Shown here in pieces: positions 26,233 through 37,100 of a stretch of 64,000 nucleotides of DNA. Under the pieces are notes generated by a model, which was not told the origin of the DNA, made no database searches, and saw only the letters and a list, made by a program, of their open reading frames with translations. Positions within the stretch are counted from its first letter, which is position 1. Each line of letters begins with the position of its first letter. The stretch comes from an uncultured Acidobacteriota bacterium (lineage in GTDB: Bacteria > Acidobacteriota > Polarisedimenticolia > J045), in contig CAVPCQ010000025.1 in assembly GCA_963702425.1 (NCBI GenBank), forward strand, positions 24,916 through 88,915. The letters run 5' to 3'. The translations under genes and the position numbers were made by a program.

Positions 26233-29200
26233 CTACCGCCACTCCCCCGCCGCCACGAACGCCCCCCAGTAGAACGGGTGCGTCGACAGCCCCGCCCGGC
26301 GCCGCTCCTCGAGCGTGCGCAGGCTGGCCTGCCGCACCGCATCCGCGGTCGTCGAGCCGTTCAGTCGCGCCTCGTAGAGCGCCCGCATCCAGGCCCGCGA
26401 GGCCTCGTCCTGCACCGGCCACAGGCTCATGATCAGCGTCCCCGCTCCCGCCATTTCGAACGCTCGACGCAGGCCGAGGACGCCCTCGCCGTTCGTCGGC
26501 TGACCGACGCCGGTGCTGCACGCCGAGAGCACGACCCAGTCGACGCCGGTGAGGTCGAGCGACGCGATCTCCTCCGCGGTGAGGATGCCGTCCTCCTCGT
26601 CCGGCCCGGCGTCGTCGCGGTGATTGGCGCCGGCCAGCGCGAGGCCGGAGGAGAGCAGGGGACTGGCCGAAGCGCCGGCTTCGAGGCACTTCGGCTCGAG
26701 GAAGAAGCCGTGCGTCGCAAGGTGGACGATGCGGTTCTTCGGGGCCAGTTCCTTGAAGAGCGCCTCGTGGGCGGTCGGCCCCGTCAGCTCGAGCGCCGAT
26801 CGCGTGGACCGCGCGTCCGAGCTCCACAGCGCGGCGACCTGGTCGACCTCCGTGCGCGACGCGGGGAGCGCCTCGAACTTGAGCGAGCGGAAGCTCTCGC
26901 AGGCCGAGCGAGGACCGCGGTAGACCGAAGTGGACGCCGGCGCGATCAGCGTCGGGACCGCGGCCTGCGCCAGCCTCACGACCTCCTCCGTCCCCGTGGG
27001 CGCACGGTCGAAATCGGCGCCCCCGAACGCGATCAGCGTCGAGGAGCCCAGGCCGAGGGCGCCTCCCGCACCAGGTCGCGCTCGGTCGACAGGTAGTGGA
27101 TCAGCGGTCCCGTCTCGACGAGGTAACGGCCGGCCGACGTCGGCAGGGCGGCGACGTTGACGAAGTGCAACGGTCCGTCCGGCACGACGAAGGTGCGCTT
27201 CGCCCCGGCGAGGTATTTCACGACCGGATCCCACACGATGCGGCGGAGTTGTTCTCCCGCGGCGCGGTAGCGATCCTCGGCGGCCCGCTCCGTAGTCCGC
27301 ACCGCGGGCGGTTTGGCCCCCGCTTGCTCGCGCCACGCCGGCGACGAGTGGGTCGATGCGCGCGGCCGGTCCGAGCGGAACGACGACCGGTGGCGCGCCC
27401 GACGCCAGCACGAACGCCACCAGTTGCCACGGGATCTGCCCCATCGTCCCGCCGACGGCCCAGGGGATCGGCTCCAGGGCCTGGGGATCGTAGACGGCGT
27501 AGGCGACCAGCGCGGCGTCGGGAGGGAGCGCGCGCGCGACGTCCTCGTAGCCGATCCGCAGGTGCGGCGCCTCGAGCGCCACCTCACCGGCCGCGTCCGA
27601 GCCCGCGAGCGCGCTCTCGATCCGCTCCTTCTCGCCGCGGGCGGCCTCGAGACGCACGGCGTACTGCTCGGGCGTGTCGGCGCCCGGGCCGCGGACCGTC
27701 ATCCGCGCCAGCGTTTCCCGCGCGGCCACGAGCTGGGCCGCCAGCGACGCCGTGGCCGGGTCCATCGGTCGGGACGCCATCCGGTGGCGCGCGGCGAACT
27801 GGTCGAGGACCAGCGCGCGCGCGTGAACGAACGTGTCCCAGACCAGGGCGACCCGCTCCGGATTGGGGTCGCGGAGCAGGATCGTCAGCGTGCGGTCGGG
27901 GCCGCGGATGTTGCCCGACACAGCCAGGGCCTGCCGCTCCGGGAGCGCGCTGGCGAACAGCGAGACCTGCTCGCGGCGGATCTGCTCGGCGTCGAGCGTG
28001 CAGTCCAGCGCGCCGGGGAAGTCGCCGAGGTCCTTGAGCAGCGCCGCCTTCTCGATCAGCGCCGTCAAATAGTCCATTCGACTGCCGACGCGCTGAAGCC
28101 GCGGCAGGTAGTCTTCCGTGATGGCCAGGGCTTCCGCCCCGCGGCCGGCGAGCCGCAGGTTGTGCGCCAGCTTGAGATGCGCGTCGACGGAGGTCAGGTG
28201 GTCCGGCCCGAGGAGCTGGTCCAGCAGCGCCGCCGCGCGCTCGATGGTCGCGCGGCCGGCGTCCAGCTCGCCCAGCTCGGTCAGGAGCCAGCCGTAACCG
28301 AGGAGACAGCCGGCGTAGTTGCTGTGCCCGGGTCCTTCCGTCTTCTCGCGAATCGCCAGGGCCCGCTCCTTGAGCGGCCTGGCGGCGCCCAGCTTCCCCT
28401 GCCAGACCGACACGCTGGCGACCGTCTCGAGGGCCGTCGCCGTCTCCGGGTGATCGGGGCCGAAGGCGCGCTCGTGCAGACGCAGTGCTTCTTCGGCCAT
28501 CACCTTTGCTCCGGGCACATCGCCGGACTCGCTCAGTTCCTCCGCGAGCAGGCGGGTCGCGATCGCGACGAACGGGTGCTCCGGCGAGAAGGCCGCCCGG
28601 AAGATCTCGAGACTGCGCCGGGTCGGGGCGAGGGCGCGGACCGGGTCGCCCGCCGCGAGCGCGGTGTACCCGAGGTTGACGAGGGCGACGCCCAGCGACT
28701 GCGACGCCGGGCCCGTCGCGGCCTCGGCGACGGGGATCGACCGCTCCCGCAGCGCGAGGGCCGCATCCAGGTCGCCGCGGCGCTGGAGCACGCTCGCGTA
28801 GCCTTGCATCGCATCGAACGTGAAGTAGCTGTCGGGCCCCGCGGTCCGCTCGAGGACGTCGAGGGACTGCCGGAAGAGCGACTCCGCTTCTGGGTACTGG
28901 CCCGCGAAGTAGGCAAGCCAGGCAAGCCAGGAGACGCTGAACGCCGTCAGGGGGTGTTCCGGTCCGTAGGAGCGCAGCCGGATGTCGTGGACCCGCTCGG
29001 CCAGCGCTTGCGCGCGCGGCCGGTCACCTGCCGTCCTGGCGGCCTCGACCGGCAGCGCGAGGCTGGTCGCGACGTCGGGGTGATCGGGGCCCAAGGCACT
29101 CTCGCGAAGCGCCAGCGCGCGCCGCAGGAGCGCATAGGAGCAGTCGCGGTCCCCGGCCCCGAGGTTCTGGACCATGCCGAGGTTCTGCAGGCTCGCGGCG

Positions 29201-29544
29201 ATGCGCACGTCGTCCGGTCCGAACAGCGCCTCGTGGATCCGCACCGACCGGTCGGCGAGTTCCTGCGTCTCGGGCTGGCTCGTCTTCCCGACCATGACGA
29301 GCGACGCGACGAGCAGGTCGATCGCGTCGGCGGCTTCGGCGGAGTCGGGCCCCCAGCGTGCCTCGGCCGCGCAGAGCAGTTCGCGAGCCGAGGACTCGGC
29401 GAGGAGGAACCTGCCGCTGTCGACGAGGGCGCGGGTCGGGGCGGGATCGGTGTTGCTGCAGGGGAGGTCCGCGGCGTGTACGGAACCCCCCACCGCAATG
29501 AGAGCGGCCAGCCACAAGACCGTGCCCGCTCCCCATCGGAGCAT
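26233..29544 (-). CDS. Secreted TPR + CHAT protease 2 (compensating frameshifts about 27060-27340)
   Basis: Signal peptide MLRWGAGTVLWLAALIAVGGSVHA; TPRs; VVPDGPLH in the alternate frame; HLATHGF and VLSACSTG. Confidence 0.92.
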   Translation of the reverse strand: MLRWGAGTVLWLAALIAVGGSVHAADLPCSNTDPAPTRALVDSGRFLLAESSARELLCAAEARWGPDSAEAADAIDLLVASLVMVGKTSQPETQELADRSVRIHEALFGPDDVRIAASLQNLGMVQNLGAGDRDCSYALLRRALALRESALGPDHPDVATSLALPVEAARTAGDRPRAQALAERVHDIRLRSYGPEHPLTAFSVSWLAWLAYFAGQYPEAESLFRQSLDVLERTAGPDSYFTFDAMQGYASVLQRRGDLDAALALRERSIPVAEAATGPASQSLGVALVNLGYTALAAGDPVRALAPTRRSLEIFRAAFSPEHPFVAIATRLLAEELSESGDVPGAKVMAEEALRLHERAFGPDHPETATALETVASVSVWQGKLGAARPLKERALAIREKTEGPGHSNYAGCLLGYGWLLTELGELDAGRATIERAAALLDQLLGPDHLTSVDAHLKLAHNLRLAGRGAEALAITEDYLPRLQRVGSRMDYLTALIEKAALLKDLGDFPGALDCTLDAEQIRREQVSLFASALPERQALAVSGNIRGPDRTLTILLRDPNPERVALVWDTFVHARALVLDQFAARHRMASRPMDPATASLAAQLVAARETLARMTVRGPGADTPEQYAVRLEAARGEKERIESALAGSDAAGEVALEAPHLRIGYEDVARALPPDAALVAYAVYDPQALEPIPWAVGGTMGQIPWQLVAFVLASGAPPVVVPLGPAARIDPLVAGVARASGGQTARGADYGAGRRGSLPRRGRTTPPHRVGSGREIPRRGEAHLRRAGRTVALRQRRRPADVGRPLPRRDGTADPLPVDRARPGAGGALGLGSSTLIAFGGADFDRAPTGTEEVVRLAQAAVPTLIAPASTSVYRGPRSACESFRSLKFEALPASRTEVDQVAALWSSDARSTRSALELTGPTAHEALFKELAPKNRIVHLATHGFFLEPKCLEAGASASPLLSSGLALAGANHRDDAGPDEEDGILTAEEIASLDLTGVDWVVLSACSTGVGQPTNGEGVLGLRRAFEMAGAGTLIMSLWPVQDEASRAWMRALYEARLNGSTTADAVRQASLRTLEERRRAGLSTHPFYWGAFVAAGEWR

Positions 29545-29635
29545 CGGCCTGCCTCCCGGGGACGCCCGCGGCCGCGCCGGCGGCCGCGGGCGTCCTGACC
29601 GGATCATACGCCGATGCGGGTCGTCCGGCGGCGGG

Positions 29636-32600
29636 TTACGGCGTCGGCTCGTCGCCGCTCGTGCCGGCGGCGTTGACGGCGATGACCAGGTAGTACTCGT
29701 TGAACGGCAGCGGCGAGCGCACCAGCGAGGTGCCGGCGGTCGTCCTCTCGACGGCGAAGTCCGAGAGCGGCTGGTTCGAGACCCAGACCTGGTAGTAGGC
29801 CGCGCCGTCGTGGGAGGCGTCGATCGGTGGCGGCGCCCAGTTCACGTCCACGCTGGAGGCGGACCGGGTGACCATCAGCGAGGACTCGACGGCGTTCGGC
29901 GGGTGCGTGATGCCGAGGGCCGCGCAGACCTGGCGTTCGCCGATGACCTTCACGTTGTCGAAGCCCATCTCGACGATGTTGTCCGATCCCAGGTCGCAGG
30001 CCTCCATGTGATCCGGTTGTCGGCGATGAGCGGGGTCAGCGGGGTCAGGTCCTTCTCGACTGTCACCCAGCCGCTCGTCATGTCGTACCGCGTGATCAGC
30101 TGCGTGGCGGGCGTACTGTCGGCCGTCACCGTGTACCACTGTGCATAGTCGTCCTGGGACTGGCTCGGTGAGTTCTGTAGAGCCAGAGGTCGAAATAGTA
30201 GACGACGCGCTTGTAGCCGGTGTAGTCCATGCTCGGCGAAGAGACGATGGGCAGATGAAGCCGACGGTGTCGACGTCGTTGGCGTTGGGACTGCCTCCGG
30301 GCGCTCCATTCTCTGTGACGTAGCACTTCGACCCCGCGTCGTTGGGGCTGTCGATCGCCGGGTTCGCCTGGCGGGTTCCGTCGATCGTCCCCACCGGAAC
30401 GCCGCGCTGCCAGATACCGCGACCGGCAGTTCCGGCCACCTTCGTCCAGCCCTTGTCCGTTTCGAACCTGTCCGCGAAGATCGTCTGCGGTCTGCGTGCT
30501 GCCGAAGTCGACCGTCCACGGTGAGAGGGCGCGCGTCCCGGCCTCGTCCACGATGTCGAGGTCGAACGTGAGCGTGTCGAGGCAGGTGCGGTCCGCCGGC
30601 GCCGTCACGGTGAATCCCGGCCCCGCGGAGGTCGCCGAGCCGCCGGGCGCGATGTCCGGGAACGTGGCGCCGTCTTCGTGCACGAGCAGCCCCGCGTCCC
30701 GCTCCGCAGCGTGGCGACCGGCGCCCGGGCGGTCACGGTCCCGTCGTTGGTGAGCGTGGCGGTCAGGCGCGCGGACTCTCCCGGCTCGAGCACGCCGTTC
30801 CCGTTGCCCCAGCCGGGCTGCGTGTCGTCGACCGTGACGCCGGTCACGCGCAGCGCCGAGCGGCCGCAGACGGTCGCGCGCTCGATGCGGACGTTGTCGA
30901 TCCCGTACTCGGCGAGCAGGTAATGCGGGAAGCGTGACGAAGCGGATCGACATCGTGCTGGTGGGAGTGAGGTAGTCTGCGAGGTCGATCTCGCCGCGCT
31001 GCCAGCTCGGACGCGCGTCCGTGTCGAAAATCTGCACGAGCGTCGAGTACAGCGAGCTCAGGTGAACGGTCTGGCTCGTGATGCCGTTGTGGATCTCGAG
31101 GCTGAAGCCAGCCGCGATGAGCCCAGTAGTCGAACGAGACGATCGTCGCCCCGCCGGTCCCGTCCCAGGTGGGCGAGATCAGGCTGACCGCCGCGTCGTT
31201 GTCGTAGGCCGCGATCGACGCGCCGCTGGGCCGTCGCCGGTGACCCACGCCATGGTGCCGCTCGACGCCGCGGGCGGCGCGAACCAGAAGCCTTGGTAGC
31301 GCGTCCCGCGCGGCGCGGCGAGCACCCAACCGCCGGTCGCGTCGCCCGTATTGTCCGTCGTCCAGCCCGCGGCACCCGACTCGAAGTCCCAGGACTGGAC
31401 CGCCGTGCGGCCGAGCGTCGGCACGCGCGGGAACCAGCGGACCACCTGGGACGACCCGCGATCGTGGGCGTCGACCGGATCGTCGAGCGTGCCGTGCTGT
31501 GCGAGCACGAGGTAGTAGTAGGTAGACTGCTCTGGTAGTAGGCGTGGCCGCCTGCGGCGGCGTGTCCTGGAACGTGGTCCCGGTCGTGCGGCCGACGAGC
31601 AGCCGCTCGAACGGCTCGAAGCCGGATTCCGGGGCGCGGTAGACGTTGTAGACGATCGGCGTGCTCGACCCCGGACATCCCGGAATCGCGGGGGACCAGG
31701 AGAGCGTCAGCGCGCAGGAGGGGTCGCCGTCGGCGACCGTGAGCTGCGGGTCGAAGATCGGGAGGCGCTGCAGGTGCCCGTCGCCGTGGCGTCGGCCGTG
31801 CCCGAGGCGCCGCTGCGGCAGTACGTGCCGCCGGAACCGAGGGCGACGAGGTAGTAGCGGTAGCTCCGGCCGCCGAGCGGCGTTCAGTCGATGTAGCTGG
31901 TCGTGTTCGTGGTATACGCGATCCGCTGCGCCAGGTCGAGCGGGTTGTAGAGATCGTCGCGCCAGATCTCGACGGCGGCGGCCCCGGGCGCGCTGTAGCT
32001 CAGCGTATCGCGTTCTCGCCCTCGGGCGCGGCGAGGTAAGCGTCGGCGCGGCGGGGGCGGTGCAGGCATGCGCCGCGGGAACGACGAACCCCGCGTGGGG
32101 CGCGGTGTCCGCGTCTCCGGTCGTCGAGGCGTCCTGGCCCATGCCACGCTTCGCGAACACGTTCCAGATCACCTTGTGATGCGCCGAGCCATAGAGCGCC
32201 GTGTCGGCTTGAGCAGCGCGTCGCGGGCGACGAGGAAGGTCGGCGTGCAGGCCGCGCTCTTCATCCCCTGGACGACGAGATGCTCGAACGTGTCCCGACC
32301 CGCGGACGGCTCGAGGGCGAGCAGCGACTCGCGGAGGTCCCACAGGGCTCCGGCCCAGATCATCCCGTCGCCGTGGACCTCGCAGCCCTGGTTCGCGACC
32401 TTGCAGAAGTCGGCATAGGTCAGGTTGTGGAGCGCGCTCCGGCGTAGCCCGGCGTCCGAAGCCGAGGCCCCCGATCCCGTTGAGCTCATGAAGGAGTGGC
32501 CATCCCGTCGCCCCAACCCTCTGCGATGGCCCCCGACTGGGTTCCGCGGAGGCAGTCGTGCTCGTTCCGCCCCCGACCAGGCGCGTGCTGACGCCGTGGG

Positions 32601-34006
32601 TGTACTCGTGGTAGGTGGCGCTTCTGTCGTAGGCGCCGGCGCGCTCGCTGTCGCTCCCGGCGTAGCCGTCGTGGTCGTCGCAGTAGCAGACAGTCCCACC
32701 ATTCCAGACCGATCGTGGCGCTGCCCCCGTCGACCAACAGGTCGAGAACCACGCCTCGTCGCGCGGCGTACCGCCCGCCATGACCACCTTCATCGGATCC
32801 CCGCCGACCCCGCCCTTCCCGAAGTTGTCCTGCTGGTAGTTCCCCGACGCCTCGTCGAAGCCGAGGTCGTAGAAGCGGTCGTGCGCGTCGTTGACCACCC
32901 ACCAGGCGTTGACGAGCGCGGATTCCGGCGTGTTGAACGGGTAGTCGTAGATCCCGGTCGGCTCGGCGAGGGCCGGCTCGGTGGCCCAGCGCAGGTGGCC
33001 GGTCGCGTTGTTGCCGCGAGCGTCGTGGCGGGAGCGGCGATCCAGTTGCCGACCGATTGGCCCGCCGCCGCCGGGATCGGGAGCCGGTCGTAGAAGTCGG
33101 GGGCGTACTCCTCGACCACGGGAATGGGCAGCGGCGTGTTGATCACTCTCGCCTCGGCGTAGAGCGTCAGGTTCTGGCGGTAGAGGAACGACCCGTCTGC
33201 CGCGTCGACGAGCACCAGGTAGTCGGTGTAGAGGTTCGGCTCGCCGATCCGCGTCTCCCAGGCGAGCCGCGCGCCGTCCTGCGTCGGGAAGACCACCAGC
33301 CGCGCCTCGATCGGCCGCGCGAACTCCGCGCGGTCGAAGACCGTCCGCTGGTCCACGCCGTCCGACGCCTCCACCTGGACACCGGTGAAGACGCGGTCGG
33401 GGTAGGCGTCCCGCGCCGCGCGGGCGACGGCCTCGACGGCGCTGACCGTCGGCGCGACGCGCAGGTCGAGCTGGCCGTAGAGGCTGCCGCCGGCACTGAT
33501 GGCCGCGTTGTCCGGCCCGAGGGTGACGCTGATGACGGCGCCGAAGACGTCGAGCCCGGCGACCGTCTGCGCGAAGTGGACGTGCGACCAGCCGTTCGCG
33601 CCGGGGATGGTCGAGGCATGGCGCAGCCGGTCGACCTCGCGCGGTGTCAGGCCGAACAGGCTCGCGTTGGCGCGCAGGAAGGCGCGCGCGGCATCCTCCG
33701 GTGTCCCGGGGAACGGAGCCGAGAGCGCCTGGCCCGGAGGCGCGGCGATCCACGCCGGCGACCCCGACATCCCGTCCCAGTACAAGGTGAGATCGGGGAT
33801 CGCGGCGCGCAGGGCGTCGCCGGACGCAGCTGGGCCGGCGTGGGCGCGCGCATGACCCAGCCCGCGCGCGCGGCGTCGGTCGCCGGCAGGCGGACGTCGA
33901 GCGCCGGCTTCTCGACGGTCCCGCCGGGCTGGAAGGCGAACGCCGGGATCAGCGGAGCGAGCATGGCCAGGGCCACGAGCGCGATGCGAGACGAGCGCAG
34001 CATCAT
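29636..34006 (-). CDS. Large secreted M36 (fungalysin) metallopeptidase with FTP/PepSY propeptide and multiple C-terminal beta domains; many frameshifts
   Basis: Signal peptide; HVHFAQTVAGLDVFG; HDRFYDLGFDEASGNYQQDNFGKGG; HEYTHGVSTRLVGG; EGWGD; EVHGDGMIW; PTFLVARDALL; IWNVFAKRGMG. Confidence 0.88.
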
Positions 34007-34068
34007 CGGAACCTCCCCCTCGGCGTGGAGCCGCGGCGGCCGCCGCGGAGCGCACCGTGTACTGGACT

Positions 34069-34094
34069 TGTCGCGGAAAGGGGCGGTGTGTCAC
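34069..34094 (-). promoter_or_regulatory. Putative ECF-sigma promoter GTGACA-N15-CGACA upstream of the M36 gene
   Basis: Lies in a ~44-bp block nearly identical to 40938-40981. Confidence 0.7.
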
Positions 34095-34136
34095 CGCCCC
34101 CGGCGGAACGAGGCGCCAGAACGCGGGGCGTGCGGC

Positions 34137-37100
34137 TCACGGCCCGCTCGCCTCGCAGGCGTCCCCGACGCCGTCGCCGTCGGAGTCGGCTTGGTCGGGA
34201 TTGGCGACCTGCGAGCAGTTGTCGCAGGCGGTGCCGATGCCGTCGTGGTCCCCGTCCTTCTGCATGGGATTCGCCACGGTTGGGCAATTGTCGGAGAGAT
34301 CCGGGATGCCGTCGCCGTCCATGTCGCTTCGCACAGATCGCCGGTGCCATCGCGGTCGAGATCCTCCTGGCCGGGGTTCGCGATCGTGGGACAGTTGTCG
34401 CAGAGGTCGCCGATCCCATCGCTGTCGAGGTCCTCCTGCGCCGGGTTGGACTGGTCCGGGCAGTTGTCGAGCGCGTTGCTCACGCCGTCGGCGTCCCTGT
34501 CGCCGTCGGGGGAGAGGAACTCGATCGTCTTGCCGATGCCCCGGAAAGCGACATCGTCGATGTACCAGCCGGGTAGTTGACCGAGCCGTCGCTGGTCAGC
34601 AGGAAGCGAATCCGGACCGTCTGGCCCGCGTAGGCGGTCAGGTCGTAGGACACCTGGAAGTAGCCTCCGAGGTGGGCTTCGAACTCACCCAGCGTGGCCC
34701 AGCTCGCGCCGCCGTTCGAGGAGATCTGGACGCGGCCGCGGTCATACCAGTACTCGGACTGGAACCAGTGCCAGAACTTGAGGACGGGGTGTGTCCCGGC
34801 AGGAGCCCGAAGCTCGGGTGCCTCGAGCGACGCCGAGCAGGAGGACGGGTAGCTACCGGCGAGGTTCGTGGCCCACACCCTGGTTCCCGAGTGTGCGGCC
34901 CCAGGGCCCGAGGTCGGCACGCCCCACTGCCAGGGGTCATTCACCCCGGAGTGGGTGAAGCCGCCGCCGTCGGTCTCGAAGTCCTCCAGGATCGTCCGTG
35001 ACGACGACGACGTCGTTTCCTTCGGTGTCGTCGCCGCGCAGGAGCACGACCTCGGGCACGGTGTCGCGCACGTCAAGCGTCACAAGCCCGTCTACGAACT
35101 CGACGAGCGCGCGGTTCGTCCCGCCGCCGCTGATCAGCAGGCCCTGGGCGGCCGTCTCGCCGAAGACGGCGGAGCCGGAGAGCGTAAGCGTCGTCCGCAC
35201 GCCAGCGAGGTCGGTCACGAGCTCTTCGTGTCGCGGTGCTCCAGGCGATAGGTGACGAGACTCGACTCGCCGGTCAGGCCGTACTGCGGAACCACGGGGG
35301 TGACCACGAGCGCGTGGTCGGGGTACGGGTCGCAGATGTCGCCGAGGTGGTCGCGATCGCGGTTGGCTTGGTCGGCGTTTGGTGTGCCGGGGCAATTGTC
35401 GAGGGCGCAGGTCGAGGCTGGGTGACCCGCGTTGCCATAGCCGTCCTGGTCCGTATCCGTACAGGTGTCGCAGGCGTCGCCGACACCGTCCCCGTCCAAG
35501 TCGACCTGGCCGGGATTGTAGGAGGCGGGGCAGTTGTCGAGCGGGCAGGTCGAGGACGGGAACCCCGGGCTGCCGAGCCCGTCCCCGTCGGGATCGACGC
35601 AGGCGTCACACGCGTCCCCGACGCGGTCCCGGTCCGTGTCCGCCTGGTCCTGGGTTCGGGAGATCCGGGCAGTTGTCGGTCGAGTCCGATCGGCCGTCGG
35701 CGTCGGGGTCGTCGCAGGCGTCGCCGACCCCGTTGGGGTGCACGCGGTCCGCCTGGTCGGGGTTCGAGATACCGGGCAGTTGTCGAGCGGGCAGGTCGAG
35801 GCCGGGAACCCAGGGTTCCCGAACCCGTCGCGGTCGGTGTCGGTGCAGGTGTCGCACACGTCGCCGAGCGGTCCCGTCCGTGTCCGCCTTGTCCTGTGGG
35901 CGTTGGCGACATCCGGGCAGTTGTCGGTGGTGTCCGACCGGCCGTCGGCGTCGGGGTCGTCGCAGGCGTCGCCGACCCCGTTGGGGTGCACCCGATCGGC
36001 CTGATCGCGATTGCTCGTCTTCGGGCAGTTATCGCTGCCGTCGAGGACGCTATCATCATCGAAGTCCGGGTCCCGCGGGTCGAGTCCACGCGCCAGTTCT
36101 TCGGCGTTGTTCACCCCGTCGGCATCCTCGTCGCCGTCGGGTGCGAGGAACTCGGTCGTCGTCAGGTTCCCCCGGAGGGCAAAGTCGTCGATGTACCAGC
36201 CCGGCGCGGTGGTCCTCCAGTCGGTGGACATGTCGAAGCGGACCTGGATCTCCCGTCCCGCGTACGCGGAGAGGTCGTAGGTCCGCTTGGCGTAGCCACC
36301 CAACGAACCCTGGAGCGTCTGAAGCGTGTCCCAGGTCGCGCCGCCGTCTGGCGAGACCTGGACGCGGCCGACGTCGTACCCACTCCGAATGGAACCAGTC
36401 CCAGAATTCGAGGACCGGATGGGCGCCCATGGCGAGCCTGAACATCGGAGACACGAGAGCCGCCGAGCAGTTGTCCGGGTAATTCCCGCTCAGGTTCGTG
36501 GCCCAGACGTTCGTTCCGGAGTGCGCGGCCCAGGGGCCCGAAGTCGGCCGGCCCCATTGCCATGGGTCGTTCGTCCCGGAGTGAGTGAACCCGCCGTCGC
36601 TGCCCTCGAAGTCCACTTCGAGATCTGTCTGGACCACGACATCGTTGCCCTCGCTGTCCTCGCCCCTGAACTCCACGACCTCGGCCGTCGCGTCGCTCGC
36701 CGTCAGCGTCACGAGCCCGCCGACGAACTCGACGAGGACGCGGTTCGTCCCGCCCCCACTTAGCAGCAGCCCTTCGGTGGCGCTCTCGCCGAACGAAGCG
36801 GAGCCGGAGAGCGTTAGGGTCGTGCGGACGCCGACGAGGTCCGTCACGAGTTCGCCGCTTCCGCGGCGCTCGAGCCGGTAGGTCACGGTCGCGACTTCAC
36901 CGACGATGTATTGCGGCGCCACCGGCCTGACGATGAGTGCGTGGTCGGGGTACGGGTCGCACACGTCGCCGAGATCGTCGCTGTCACTGTTGAGCTGGTC
37001 CGTGTTTGTTGTATTGGGGCAGTTGTCGAGGGGACAGACCGAGGCCGGGAAGCCCGGGTCGCCGAAGCCGTCGCGGTCGGTGTCCGTGCACGGATCACAG

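Noticed and set aside
22827-29598. Very long plus-strand ORFs (1073 aa, 761 aa) and similar antisense ORFs elsewhere
   Set aside because: These are shadow frames of high-GC genes: Arg/Pro/Gly-rich and without motifs.
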